IMG/VR virus record: IMGVR_UViG_3300020180_001139
From: an uncultured virus (IMG/VR IMGVR_UViG_3300020180_001139)
Taxonomy: Duplodnaviria; Heunggongvirae; Uroviricota; Caudoviricetes
Length of the DNA: 64,000 nucleotides
Direction: 5' to 3' (one strand)
Under the pieces are notes generated by a model. That model saw only the letters and a program-made list of their open reading frames with translations. It ran no database searches and was not told the origin of the DNA. This document shows, piece by piece, positions 19,793 to 28,980 of the stretch. A program made the translations under genes and the position numbers. Position 1 is the stretch's first letter. Each line of letters begins with the position of its first letter.

Positions 19793-20116
19793 ATGATTTG
19801 TAAAGTAGATGCTAATGGTAATAAACGTTGGTTTCTTGACGGTAAACTTCATCGAGAAGATAGCCCAGCTATTGAAACGTATAATGGCACTAAAATATGG
19901 TATCGGAATGGTTAGCTTCATAGAGAAGATGGACCAGCCGTTGAATATACCGATGGTAGTAAAGAATGGTTTCTCTATGGAAAACTTCATAGAGAAGATG
20001 GACCAGCCGTTGAATATACCGATGGTAGTAAAGAATGGTTTCTCTATGGAAAACGAATAATTTGTTCTGATAATGAAGAATTTATAAAACTGATAAAGAT
20101 GAAAGTACTTTGGTAA
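19793..20116 (+). pseudogene. LHREDGPA-repeat protein with an in-frame TAG
   Basis: MICKVDANG..GKLHREDSPA..RNG*LHREDGPAVEYTDGSKEWFLYGK x2..KMKVLW*; TAG at 19913-19915. Confidence 0.85.
19916..20053 (+). repeat. 69-bp perfect tandem duplication (one 23-aa repeat unit)
   Basis: 19916-19984 is identical to 19985-20053. Confidence 0.95.
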
Positions 20117-20119
20117 AAG

Positions 20120-20680
20120 ATGAAACCTCCCGTTAAATACATTTCTGATTTCGTTGCTGCGCCGGATAACGCGCTCACCTCTCTGCAAACAGAATTGGAA
20201 TGGGAGCGCCGTGATGATGCTCCGAGGTCTGAATATTATTGTAATGATTTTCCATTTCCGTATCAATACGGAAGAGGTCGTGGTCAGCGTGAATATCTCC
20301 CAAGGCCGTACAATGACACAATCATGAGAATCCGAAAATCATTGGAACTCATGACTAATTCAGTATTCGAGGTCTGTTTTTTAAACCGATATCTGAATCA
20401 ATCAGATCAGCTTGGATGGCATGCTGATGATTCTCCTGAAATGGACGATTCCAGACCTATCGGAATCGTCAGCTTTGGCGTTGAACGTGAAATTTGGTTC
20501 AAACCGAAAGATCTTTCGATCAAATCCGAGCCAGTAAAACTGAAACTTGGTCATGGAAGCCTCTGCGTGATGGAGGCCGGAATGCAGGACAGTTGGCTGC
20601 ATAGGATTCCAAAAGCATCCTTTCAATGTGGAGAGCGGATCAGTTTAACATTTCGTGGATATGTCAAACCAACAATTTAA
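20120..20680 (+). CDS. alkB: AlkB-family 2OG-Fe(II) dioxygenase (ALKBH2/3-like)
   Basis: LNRY, WHADD (HxD), WLHRIPK, RISLTFR. Confidence 0.92.
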   Translation: MKPPVKYISDFVAAPDNALTSLQTELEWERRDDAPRSEYYCNDFPFPYQYGRGRGQREYLPRPYNDTIMRIRKSLELMTNSVFEVCFLNRYLNQSDQLGWHADDSPEMDDSRPIGIVSFGVEREIWFKPKDLSIKSEPVKLKLGHGSLCVMEAGMQDSWLHRIPKASFQCGERISLTFRGYVKPTI

Positions 20681-21080
20681 TCTTGATACTGAGTATTTTC
20701 CAGTAGAAATTGCAAATGAAAGTATTTTCGGACAAAAGATATGTATTTTCGATAGAAAGCCATTAGGAATTGGAAATAACATAGTTATTTCTGTTCAAGC
20801 TGGTGATCATATTGCTAGCGTTCTGCCTATAGCAAATTATGGATTCATACATAATTATGAGGTAGTAGAGTGTATAGTTTATTATTATGACCACAGAACA
20901 ATACCTAAAGATATTCCAACAAAATATGCAAATAATTTTAAAGTAATGTATTGTCCACTTCATATTTTATCAAAAATAATAATAAATATTTTAATCGAAC
21001 ATAATGATGAAATTACTACAGAACAACGCAAAAGAACTAATTCAGTCATGCGATATATGAAAACCCTACAATTAGGATAA
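20655..21080 (+). CDS. Hypothetical protein
   Basis: AT-rich ORF. Confidence 0.5.
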   Translation: MDMSNQQFNLDTEYFPVEIANESIFGQKICIFDRKPLGIGNNIVISVQAGDHIASVLPIANYGFIHNYEVVECIVYYYDHRTIPKDIPTKYANNFKVMYCPLHILSKIIINILIEHNDEITTEQRKRTNSVMRYMKTLQLG

Positions 21081-21116
21081 ATTTATTGATCAAAAATATC
21101 TATTTCAATAGTTAAA

Positions 21117-21515
21117 ATGAATCAATATATTATTGACGCTTGTGTTTTATATAGAGATGCTTTAAAAGAAAATCAGGCAGAACTATCAGTACCATTAAAT
21201 GATTTGATAGTTGTTTATGTTCCTAATATGCCACACAGTCATAGAACATTATGGTTTGAGTCTAATCTTATTCTTTTATATAAGACAGAAAATCCTGACG
21301 AATATGGCGATTTTCTTACAGTCAGTGATGGATATAATAAAAATAAACGTGGACTCCATTTTAATGGATTACCGGGTAATGACATTGATTATCACGTAAC
21401 AAAAATGGCATGTGACAATTTGCAGGAAGATTTTAATACTATTTATAAACCTTTCTATATTGAAATAGATCCGATTCACCTGGTAAAAATACCTAGATTA
21501 TTAGCATGTACTTAG
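21117..21515 (+). CDS. Hypothetical protein
   Basis: AT-rich ORF. Confidence 0.55.
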   Translation: MNQYIIDACVLYRDALKENQAELSVPLNDLIVVYVPNMPHSHRTLWFESNLILLYKTENPDEYGDFLTVSDGYNKNKRGLHFNGLPGNDIDYHVTKMACDNLQEDFNTIYKPFYIEIDPIHLVKIPRLLACT

Positions 21516-21544
21516 TGACGTATTAATGTGATAACCAAATGTTA

Positions 21545-21986
21545 TTATCGTGAAATTTCTATTATTTCTAATAGTTTAATCTGATCAAAATTCCACACTT
21601 TTCTTTCAAAGAAAAGTTCATTGCTTTCTTTTGCAATGATACCATCATAGCCAAGTGCTTTAGCCTGAGTACTTAGTTTATCAGCAATATTATAATCATA
21701 AGTCTTTTCTTCAGTGTCAAAATGATTTTCTATATTTAATTGATCAGCTATATTTTGTTTTGGCCCAATTAATGGATTTTGAAAAGTAAGCTGTACTGAA
21801 ATAATTTTAGGAACAAATCCAGAATATTTTCCAGCTCTGTCTGGATTGGTTGTAAAGTAATACCCAGGGCCTAAGCTTCCATTCAGAGCTGGTTTTATAT
21901 CAAAACTATCTCCGCCACGGGGCCGTAATGGTCACGGGACCATTAGCTTGTTTATAAAAATTATTAACTAATTCAAATATTTTCAT
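21545..21986 (-). pseudogene. Frameshifted ADP-ribosyltransferase (PARP-like / ART-PolyVal type)
   Basis: MKIFELVNNFYKQANGPVTITA, then a frameshift at 21919-21922, then RGGDSF..LGPGYYFTTNPDRAGKYS..NPL..LGYDGII..E..VWNFDQIK*; 442 nt; the ATG overlaps the stop of the upstream gene. Confidence 0.75.
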
Positions 21987-22402
21987 AATTTTATCTTAGA
22001 TTTAATGTTATTCGTAATGAATTCATAATTATCAGATAATTCTTCGAATAATTTCCATTGTTTATTAATTAATTTGTAGCACGAATAATAAGATAATTTA
22101 GCTATTGTGTGATAATATTCAGGCGACGCGTATTGTAGATTCTCTGGGAAGATCGAGTCTATAAAAAAGATCCAATCTGCCAGGTTTTGAAACTTCTCAA
22201 AACTTTGGCTAGTTCTGGCGTCCGAATATAACAGCGTCACGCTCTCTTGCGAGAGATCGTGCTGCGCTGCTTTATATTTGACGAATATGCTAATTATATA
22301 GGCCCGCGTGGATTCATGGCAATCCACCGAATTTAGCTTTTTTATAAAGAAATCCTCTAAATTTGGGCTCAGAATCATGGTTTGACGACAGTCGTGAAGC
22401 AC
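21983..22402 (-). CDS. Hypothetical protein
   Basis: ORF with LADWIFF..F....EYY...SY pattern; coupled to the ART pseudogene. Confidence 0.65.
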   Translation of the reverse strand: MLHDCRQTMILSPNLEDFFIKKLNSVDCHESTRAYIISIFVKYKAAQHDLSQESVTLLYSDARTSQSFEKFQNLADWIFFIDSIFPENLQYASPEYYHTIAKLSYYSCYKLINKQWKLFEELSDNYEFITNNIKSKIKL

Positions 22403-22477
22403 TACTCTGTTGCTCCGGGATAAATGTGATCGGCAGACCTATAATTATATCATCTTATCCCCGGAAAAACAGCAACC

Positions 22478-24253
22478 ATGCCCGCCAAAACCCTCGTTAT
22501 CGTTGAGAGTCCTGCTAAATCCACAACGATTCAAAAATACCTTGGGGATGATTATACAATCATCGCCTCTAGAGGTCATTGCCGTGACCTTAATAAAGGT
22601 GGCAAATTCGGTATCGGAGTCCTATTCAATAATAATAAAATCCGCCCCAGCTACGTTATCATGCCAGATAAAAAGGATCTTATTGATGAGATTATTAATC
22701 TTGCCTGTAAACACGATACGATCCTCCTGGCAACAGATAATGACCGAGAAGGTGAAGCTTGCTCGTATCACCTGAAAGAAATGCTCGCCTCTACCGGCAA
22801 AACAATTAAAAGAATTTCATTTAACGAAATATCAAAAACAGCCCTTCAAAAAGCTCTAGAGTCTCCAAGAGAGCTAGATATGAATCTGGTCAGATCCCAA
22901 GAGACCAGAAGAATTCTTGATAGAATAGTAGGATTCACTGTCTCTCCATTATTGATGAGTATTTTCGACCAAAACCTCTCTGCCGGAAGGGTCCAGTCGG
23001 TAGCGATGCGGATGGTCGTGGAAAGAGAGACAGATATTCAAAATTTCATTCCAAAAGAATATTGGAATGTATTTGTCGATCTGGAACACCTGAATCAGAA
23101 GTTTAGAGTCAAATATGACGGTCAACTTAATAGTAAGTCTGATGTAGATCAGATGACTAAGACACTCGGCAGTACCTATACAGTGGATTATGTAGTTAGA
23201 AAATCACAGAAAGAATACGCCCCGCCTCCATTGACGACGCTCATTATGCAGCAGCTTATGTCGAGAAAACATGGGTTTGACGCGGAACGTACCATGCAGG
23301 CTGCTCAACAGCTTTATGAGTCAGGATACTGTACTTACATCAGAACCGATTCCGTCAGGATTACGGATGAAGCAGTTCAACAGATAAGACGTTACATAGC
23401 TTCAAAAAATTACCCTCTTCCTACCAAGCCTAATCAGCATGAGGTGAAGGAGGCTTCTGCGGATAGTCACGAAGCTATCAGGTGTACCGCAGTCAGTAAT
23501 GAGCCCGGAACGGTCATGTTGACGGGTGATGAAAAGACTCTTTATGAGGAGATTTGGAATCATTCCGTAGCATCGCAGATGATGCCAGCAGTATTCGATA
23601 CGATCGAAGTAAGAATCGATAATAATGGCAATAAGTTCAGAACTTCAGGAAAGGCCCTAGCAAAAAAGGGTTATCTTGAGATTCTGCCTCCTAATAAAAC
23701 ATTCAAAATTGATCTTCCGGATTTACAGAAGGGTGATGTTGTTCAGTTTATTCTTAAAACAGAGGAGCAGAAATCTACTCAGCCTCCTGCAAGGTTTTCC
23801 GAAGCTAATCTTATTAAAGAGTTGGATTCGAAACAAATTGGTCGACCCAGCACCATGGCTACGATCCTTAAAGCCATACAGACTCGAAAATATGTCGTAA
23901 AGAATGGCAATGTGTTTAAACCGACAGAATTAGGATTTACGGTTAATAAGATATTAGAAAAACATTTTGAGTTTGTAAAATTTGATTATTCGGCCAAACT
24001 TGAAAAAGAATTAGACATGATCGCAGCTGGAAAACATGACTACGATCAGGTACTGAATGACTTTTTTTCTAAATTTTCTGCACAGTTGAGAAGTGCTGTT
24101 CAACATAATGGTAAAGAGTCGTGTGATAGTTGTGGGGGATTGATGTTTTTGCGTAATGGTAGAAATGGGAAATTTTTAGGATGTTCCGTTTGTCGGAACT
24201 GTAAAAATATTGAAGCTGATATAGATCACAGTGGTGCTCCTGTTGGAGCTTGA
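22478..24253 (+). CDS. topA: DNA topoisomerase I (type IA)
   Basis: LVIVESPAK, ATDNDREGE, SAGRVQS, catalytic TYIRTDS, GRPST; one C-terminal Zn finger. Confidence 0.97.
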   Translation: MPAKTLVIVESPAKSTTIQKYLGDDYTIIASRGHCRDLNKGGKFGIGVLFNNNKIRPSYVIMPDKKDLIDEIINLACKHDTILLATDNDREGEACSYHLKEMLASTGKTIKRISFNEISKTALQKALESPRELDMNLVRSQETRRILDRIVGFTVSPLLMSIFDQNLSAGRVQSVAMRMVVERETDIQNFIPKEYWNVFVDLEHLNQKFRVKYDGQLNSKSDVDQMTKTLGSTYTVDYVVRKSQKEYAPPPLTTLIMQQLMSRKHGFDAERTMQAAQQLYESGYCTYIRTDSVRITDEAVQQIRRYIASKNYPLPTKPNQHEVKEASADSHEAIRCTAVSNEPGTVMLTGDEKTLYEEIWNHSVASQMMPAVFDTIEVRIDNNGNKFRTSGKALAKKGYLEILPPNKTFKIDLPDLQKGDVVQFILKTEEQKSTQPPARFSEANLIKELDSKQIGRPSTMATILKAIQTRKYVVKNGNVFKPTELGFTVNKILEKHFEFVKFDYSAKLEKELDMIAAGKHDYDQVLNDFFSKFSAQLRSAVQHNGKESCDSCGGLMFLRNGRNGKFLGCSVCRNCKNIEADIDHSGAPVGA

Positions 24254-24271
24254 ACGAGGCAAACATAAGGT

Positions 24272-24694
24272 ATGAGACAAAATAAATGGAATGATTCGGC
24301 GCAGGCCGCTTACCCTAGATATTCGAAAGGAGGTGAATACAACAGTGCGGATTCGTCACGCAAAACAACAGCTCCGTGGAACCAAATTCCTGGAGATGCC
24401 CTGGTAGCTACCCCTCTTGAAGTCAAAGTTAATGGTAATTTTGACAGAGCTTTCAAAATTTTTAGAGCGTTGGTACAGAAAGAGAGAATTCTCTCTGCTT
24501 TTAAAGAGAAGCAGGAATTCGAAAAACCTTCTGATAAAAAACGCCGAAAGTCCAACGAAGCAAGACGTAAGAGCTTCGAAATGGAAATGCGATATCAGAA
24601 GATGCTTTCAGGCGATCTTGATAAAGAACGCTTGAAAAAAGAAGCAGCGAAAGAACAACGAAAACTTGATGACCAGAAGAGAGTAGAAGACTGA
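24272..24694 (+). CDS. rpsU: Phage-encoded ribosomal protein bS21 with N- and C-terminal extensions
   Basis: LEVKV..NFDRAFKIF...VQKERIL...K.KQEFEKPSDKKRRK..EA. Confidence 0.85.
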   Translation: MRQNKWNDSAQAAYPRYSKGGEYNSADSSRKTTAPWNQIPGDALVATPLEVKVNGNFDRAFKIFRALVQKERILSAFKEKQEFEKPSDKKRRKSNEARRKSFEMEMRYQKMLSGDLDKERLKKEAAKEQRKLDDQKRVED

Positions 24695-24696
24695 TC

Positions 24697-25242
24697 ATGT
24701 TTAAACGTATAATCCGAAATCCAAATAGACAAACTGAAGAGGCTGCGCTTTCTGTCAAAAATTCGGCTCCGGAACATATACGTTTAAACCGCACACCGTT
24801 TCGCATGCCCGAAGGTAGCAGCAGCGTAGAGCAGCTTGGTTCAGAACCTAACTGCTACTACCTTCCGCATGGCGCTTTTTATTCTGAAGGCCCGGATTTA
24901 AATCCGTATAATGAAACATTCGATGATCAGACTCGCCAGGTATTTACTGATCAGGATAAAAATACCTATACAGATGAAGGGTCATCTGTAAAACTTGATA
25001 ATCAGTACAACAGTCCTCACGAACAAGAAATTAATAATGATCGGCCTTCCACACCTACTGAGGGCCTGAAATTAAATAATATGGATTATATTCTTTTCTA
25101 TGATTCTGAAGTCATGTTGACCGGCAATTTAAATCAGATTAAGTCTGAAATATTAACTCAGTTACAAAATGGCGCGAAACGTGAATTGTTCACAGTATTG
25201 AAACAAATGAAGTTATCATTTGATAACATCAATATAGAATAA
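24697..25242 (+). CDS. Hypothetical protein
   Basis: ORF in operon. Confidence 0.6.
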   Translation: MFKRIIRNPNRQTEEAALSVKNSAPEHIRLNRTPFRMPEGSSSVEQLGSEPNCYYLPHGAFYSEGPDLNPYNETFDDQTRQVFTDQDKNTYTDEGSSVKLDNQYNSPHEQEINNDRPSTPTEGLKLNNMDYILFYDSEVMLTGNLNQIKSEILTQLQNGAKRELFTVLKQMKLSFDNINIE

Positions 25243-25249
25243 TAACAGC

Positions 25250-25786
25250 ATGACTGAAAGAAAAGCTACAGATGTATTGCTGGATCTGGAAAGGAAAACA
25301 GATCTTCTTTTAAAGATAATAACCGATCAGAGTCATACAATTAAAATGATTTTGGGACGATTAAATGAAACATGTCAAATGATCGAGTCCAAAAAACCAC
25401 CCCGTGATGAGCTTCTTCAGACATTTACTGATTTTAAACCAATTGAAATAGATTCACAACCAAAAGGCGCCCGGCGTACGTCTCGCCCGGAAACCGTTAC
25501 ACCACAGACAAATAGTAAAGTTCCGGTGTTTCAAACGGTTCATGATCCAAATGGTAAAAGCATTTACATGGCAGATGTAGAGGTGATTACACCTGAAAGA
25601 AATCTGATAATCAAAACCAGAACCAATGCTACGGGTAAATGGCACGGTGCTCTACTGCCAGGTAAATATACCGTAAATATAATTAAAAGAGAGAACAATA
25701 ATCGAAAACGATTATCTTTCTCACAAGAAATAGAAATACTTTCCTCACAAGAACCTTTTGAATTAGAAATGGCTAAATTAGCATGA
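25250..25786 (+). CDS. Hypothetical protein with a C-terminal carboxypeptidase-regulatory/prealbumin-like beta domain
   Basis: V.DPNGK.I..A.V....TRTNATGKW...L.PGKY. Confidence 0.55.
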   Translation: MTERKATDVLLDLERKTDLLLKIITDQSHTIKMILGRLNETCQMIESKKPPRDELLQTFTDFKPIEIDSQPKGARRTSRPETVTPQTNSKVPVFQTVHDPNGKSIYMADVEVITPERNLIIKTRTNATGKWHGALLPGKYTVNIIKRENNNRKRLSFSQEIEILSSQEPFELEMAKLA

Positions 25787-26082
25787 TAGATTCATATTCA
25801 ATCGAGACTCTGGAATCAACTCAAATAAATATTTTTGAGCAGATTAGTAACATTTCAAAGGAAATAAAGTTTTTGGAATCATTTTCTGATGAAGAGAGAA
25901 TGTTTTCATTAAAAATTAATAATAAAAAAATATTCTCACTTGCTGATTTTGACAGGCTGAATAAGTTAAAGAAACAAGTTTCGGAACTCAAAACTACCTA
26001 TGAAAACAACAGTCATCATTTAAGAGAAGCTAAGATAGACTCGGTATTGATGAAGATCAAAAACGTAACAAATGGAGATTGA
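25783..26082 (+). CDS. Hypothetical coiled-coil protein
   Basis: Coupled ORF. Confidence 0.55.
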   Translation: MIDSYSIETLESTQINIFEQISNISKEIKFLESFSDEERMFSLKINNKKIFSLADFDRLNKLKKQVSELKTTYENNSHHLREAKIDSVLMKIKNVTNGD

Positions 26083-26748
26083 TTGTTATTTGAAGTAATT
26101 GTATGCGATTGCCCTTGGCAGGCCAACGATTCCCTTACTATGGATAAAACCAAACGGGGTGCAGGGGCCAATTACAATACTATCAGTACAAAGGATCTGT
26201 GTAAATTACCCGTTTCTAGTATTGCCAATCCTGACGGTTGTTTGCTTGCCAGTTGGGTCCTTGGCTCCATGCTGGAAGATGGGATTGAGGTTTTCAATGC
26301 CTGGGGGTTTAATCTTAAACAAACTTATGTCTGGGTAAAAACTAAAAAACATCTTGAAAATATATCTATAGATGATTGTTTAGCATTTGGCCTCGGAAGA
26401 TTATTTAGACAAACTCATGAAATTTGCCTGATCGGCACTAATAGCAACAATATTTATAAATTACTGAATAATAAATCACAAAGATCTGTTTCTTTCAAAG
26501 AAAATAAACGACATTCTACAAAACCAGAAAATTTACAAAATTCTTTAGATTTAATGTTTCCTACTGCACAGAAGATTGAATTATTTGCGCGTCGAGAACG
26601 CCCAGGTTGGATCTGTCTAGGAAATGATTCTTCATTATCGTTAAGCTCAGATATTTCTGTAGGTTTGGGTAAAATTAGTAAAATTCAAGATCCATCTTTT
26701 ATTCAATATGATAAAACTGCAAAAAAGAATATTTGGGACAATATGTAA
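26083..26748 (+). CDS. MT-A70 family N6-adenine methyltransferase
   Basis: VCDCPW (DPPW variant), WGF....WVK, HSTKP, KIELFARR..PGW. Confidence 0.9.
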   Translation: MLFEVIVCDCPWQANDSLTMDKTKRGAGANYNTISTKDLCKLPVSSIANPDGCLLASWVLGSMLEDGIEVFNAWGFNLKQTYVWVKTKKHLENISIDDCLAFGLGRLFRQTHEICLIGTNSNNIYKLLNNKSQRSVSFKENKRHSTKPENLQNSLDLMFPTAQKIELFARRERPGWICLGNDSSLSLSSDISVGLGKISKIQDPSFIQYDKTAKKNIWDNM

Positions 26749-26751
26749 ATA

Positions 26752-27252
26752 ATGTTCAGGCATACACTACTGCTTAACAATAATTGTGATGTACATTCTT
26801 TCATTTCTGAAAGAAATTCTATCAAATTATATTTAAGAGGGTGCGTAGATGTTCTTTCGGCTTGGTCGGATTATTTCTTACTATATAATGAAAAAATTAA
26901 TTATCCAGCTACTTTAAAGCTAAAATATCTTATCAGGATTCCTAATAGAAAACTTGCGTTTAATAGATACGCTGTATTTAAACGTGATGATTTTACATGC
27001 CAGTATTGTGGAATAGGGCTGCCTAGTGATGAATTGACAATGGATCATATTATTCCTAAAAAATTAGGAGGAATAAGCTCATTTATGAATTGTGTCGCAG
27101 CATGTTACCGTTGTAACAATCGAAAAGGAAGCCGAACTTTAGCTGAATCTGGTCTTCAGCTAAAGCAGCAACCTTATGTTCCGCCGAGGTTTTTATCGTA
27201 TCCATCGAGATCCGATACTGTATGGCATCCAGATTGGAATTTCTACATCTGA
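26752..27252 (+). CDS. HNH endonuclease
   Basis: RDDFTCQYCG...TMDHIIP..GG...NCV.AC..CNNRKG. Confidence 0.92.
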   Translation: MFRHTLLLNNNCDVHSFISERNSIKLYLRGCVDVLSAWSDYFLLYNEKINYPATLKLKYLIRIPNRKLAFNRYAVFKRDDFTCQYCGIGLPSDELTMDHIIPKKLGGISSFMNCVAACYRCNNRKGSRTLAESGLQLKQQPYVPPRFLSYPSRSDTVWHPDWNFYI

Positions 27253-27392
27253 ATTATTATTATATTTTCTACTTCTTTTTCTGGAGCCGCGGGTTGTTTT
27301 TCCATTTCTAGATTTTCCGGAAGTATAAGTTCTAATGATAAAGGTTCATAAACGGGTTTGACTTTTTCAAAAAACGGCCATATTATTTTCAT
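27243..27392 (-). CDS. Small 49-aa hypothetical protein (not in the ORF track)
   Basis: GGAGG SD; MKIIWPFFEKVKP...IIIIQM*; fills the intergenic gap. Confidence 0.55.
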   Translation of the reverse strand: MKIIWPFFEKVKPVYEPLSLELILPENLEMEKQPAAPEKEVENIIIIQM

Positions 27393-27418
27393 CCGGACCT
27401 CCAACTAGATTCAAAAAT

Positions 27419-27622
27419 ATGCTGTGCATTACTTGCTTTAAATTATCATTTCAATTTGGAGCTAATTCTTGCAAATACTGCACCGAGCCATCTATTTATA
27501 ATCTTTACCAAATATGTAATAAGTGCTCGGATTTGCGTCGAGTCTGTGCGGTATGCATGAAAAAATTAAATGCAGATCAGGTAGGAAGACCGAAACTTTC
27601 TAAGTGTAAAGGATGTGGATGA
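27419..27622 (+). CDS. Cys-rich zinc-finger protein
   Basis: Five CxxC pairs in 67 aa. Confidence 0.65.
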   Translation: MLCITCFKLSFQFGANSCKYCTEPSIYNLYQICNKCSDLRRVCAVCMKKLNADQVGRPKLSKCKGCG

Positions 27623-28161
27623 TTATTACGAATAACGAAGCGGCGCTCCGCGTCCTCTGTGAGAATGTCAAGCCGGAAGAAATTCCTGATTTACGTGATG
27701 AGCTGGAGAGGGAGCTTCAACGCTCTGCTCGACTCGGCCGCCCCGGGATTGGGCTTGCCGCCCCTCAGATCGGCATTCGTAAGAAATTTGCCATCGTAAG
27801 GATTCAGCATGAAGGTAAGGAGAATTATAACCTTGATCTGGCTAATGCTAGAATAAATGCCGGATATGATGAAAAAATATTTGCCGATGAAGGATGTCTT
27901 TCGTTTCCTGGTCGTGTCGAAACGACCAAAAGATTTCAAGAAATTTATGTTGTGAATAATGCTGTGGAGCCCAAATCATTCATCGCTACGGGATTGATGG
28001 CAGTGGTGTGCCAACACGAATTGGACCACCTTCATGGTAGTTTATTTTTTGATCATATGATCGAACCGTCGACACCTGTTCCTAAAGTTGAAAGCAGAAA
28101 TGCACTGTGTCCCTGCGGTTCAGGTAAAAAATTTAAAAAATGCCACCTATTAAAAAAATAA
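27613..28161 (+). CDS. def: Peptide deformylase with a C-terminal SEC-C motif
   Basis: GIGLAAPQIG, EGCLS, QHELDHL; RNALCPCGSGKKFKKCH. Confidence 0.95.
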   Translation: MWMIITNNEAALRVLCENVKPEEIPDLRDELERELQRSARLGRPGIGLAAPQIGIRKKFAIVRIQHEGKENYNLDLANARINAGYDEKIFADEGCLSFPGRVETTKRFQEIYVVNNAVEPKSFIATGLMAVVCQHELDHLHGSLFFDHMIEPSTPVPKVESRNALCPCGSGKKFKKCHLLKK

Positions 28162-28163
28162 CC

Positions 28164-28382
28164 ATGAAATCATCATCGTTGCAATTAACTGTTGTCGAGT
28201 TAATGCTTAGACTTACCGCGGTAGAGAATCTACTTTTGCTTAAAAATGTATTTACTGAACAAGAATTTATTAATCAGATCTCCCTCATCAGGGATGAACT
28301 TGTTAAACAGGTGAAGAATATGTCTGAATTAGAAGATATTGATCTTAAGTCTATAAAAGAAGGGTCCGGACCAAAGAATTGA
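28164..28382 (+). CDS. Hypothetical protein
   Basis: ORF in operon. Confidence 0.55.
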   Translation: MKSSSLQLTVVELMLRLTAVENLLLLKNVFTEQEFINQISLIRDELVKQVKNMSELEDIDLKSIKEGSGPKN

Positions 28383-28700
28383 ATGAACTCAATTTTACCA
28401 TCTTCTGAGCGGATTTCAATCAACGCCACTGCGTTATATTTCTATACGGTATGGATGCCTATAAGTATGAACCAATACCGTTCTATGGAAAAATTAGAAA
28501 AAGAATTTAACGTCACGATCAGCGCCGTAGACTGTGACGCTCATACGGATCTAAAAAAAATATATAAAATAACATCCGTTCCGACATTGATATTTCTAGA
28601 TGCCAAATCAAAAGAAATCGATAGAGTAGAAGGTTATGCGATGCTTTCGGCGTTTAGAGCTAAATTTCGAGATATATTAAAAATGAATCACGAGGGTTAA
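28383..28700 (+). CDS. Thioredoxin-fold protein lacking CxxC
   Basis: YFYTVW-MPIS in place of WCGPC; VDCD, ITSVPTLIF, RVEG. Confidence 0.8.
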   Translation: MNSILPSSERISINATALYFYTVWMPISMNQYRSMEKLEKEFNVTISAVDCDAHTDLKKIYKITSVPTLIFLDAKSKEIDRVEGYAMLSAFRAKFRDILKMNHEG

Positions 28701-28701
28701 A

Positions 28702-28980
28702 ATGAAAAAAGAATCAGAAAAAGTAGATACGTCAGTTGTAACGAATCAGTCAAACCTTATTTGGGAATCCATTAAGGATCTGGATCTGGACCTTTTTGCG
28801 CTACCGGGACAGAAAATAGCACAATTTTGTTCGCCGGTAGAGGTAGAGCCGAGCAAACTTTATTTAAAAATAAAGGTCAGTTCGGTATTACCGGCGTTGG
28901 AAATGGCTCTAAGTAAGAAGTTTGCTGTCGAGCGAACGGAACGGTTTGTGGTGGTGTCGAGGATCGTTGATGCCGTTTGA
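28702..28980 (+). CDS. Hypothetical protein
   Basis: GAGG SD; ORF. Confidence 0.6.
   Translation: MKKESEKVDTSVVTNQSNLIWESIKDLDLDLFALPGQKIAQFCSPVEVEPSKLYLKIKVSSVLPALEMALSKKFAVERTERFVVVSRIVDAV

Noticed and set aside
19913..19915. In-frame TAG suggesting genome-wide amber recoding
   Set aside because: TAG ends many clearly complete genes (dksA, clpP, dnaE, ssb, dnaG), long genes contain no internal TAG, and another broken gene has TAA; a nonsense mutation is more likely
19847..20053. Repeats resembling a DGR template/variable pair or a CRISPR array
   Set aside because: They are adjacent coding repeats with no spacers; differences from the first unit are not adenine-specific; no reverse transcriptase is in the window
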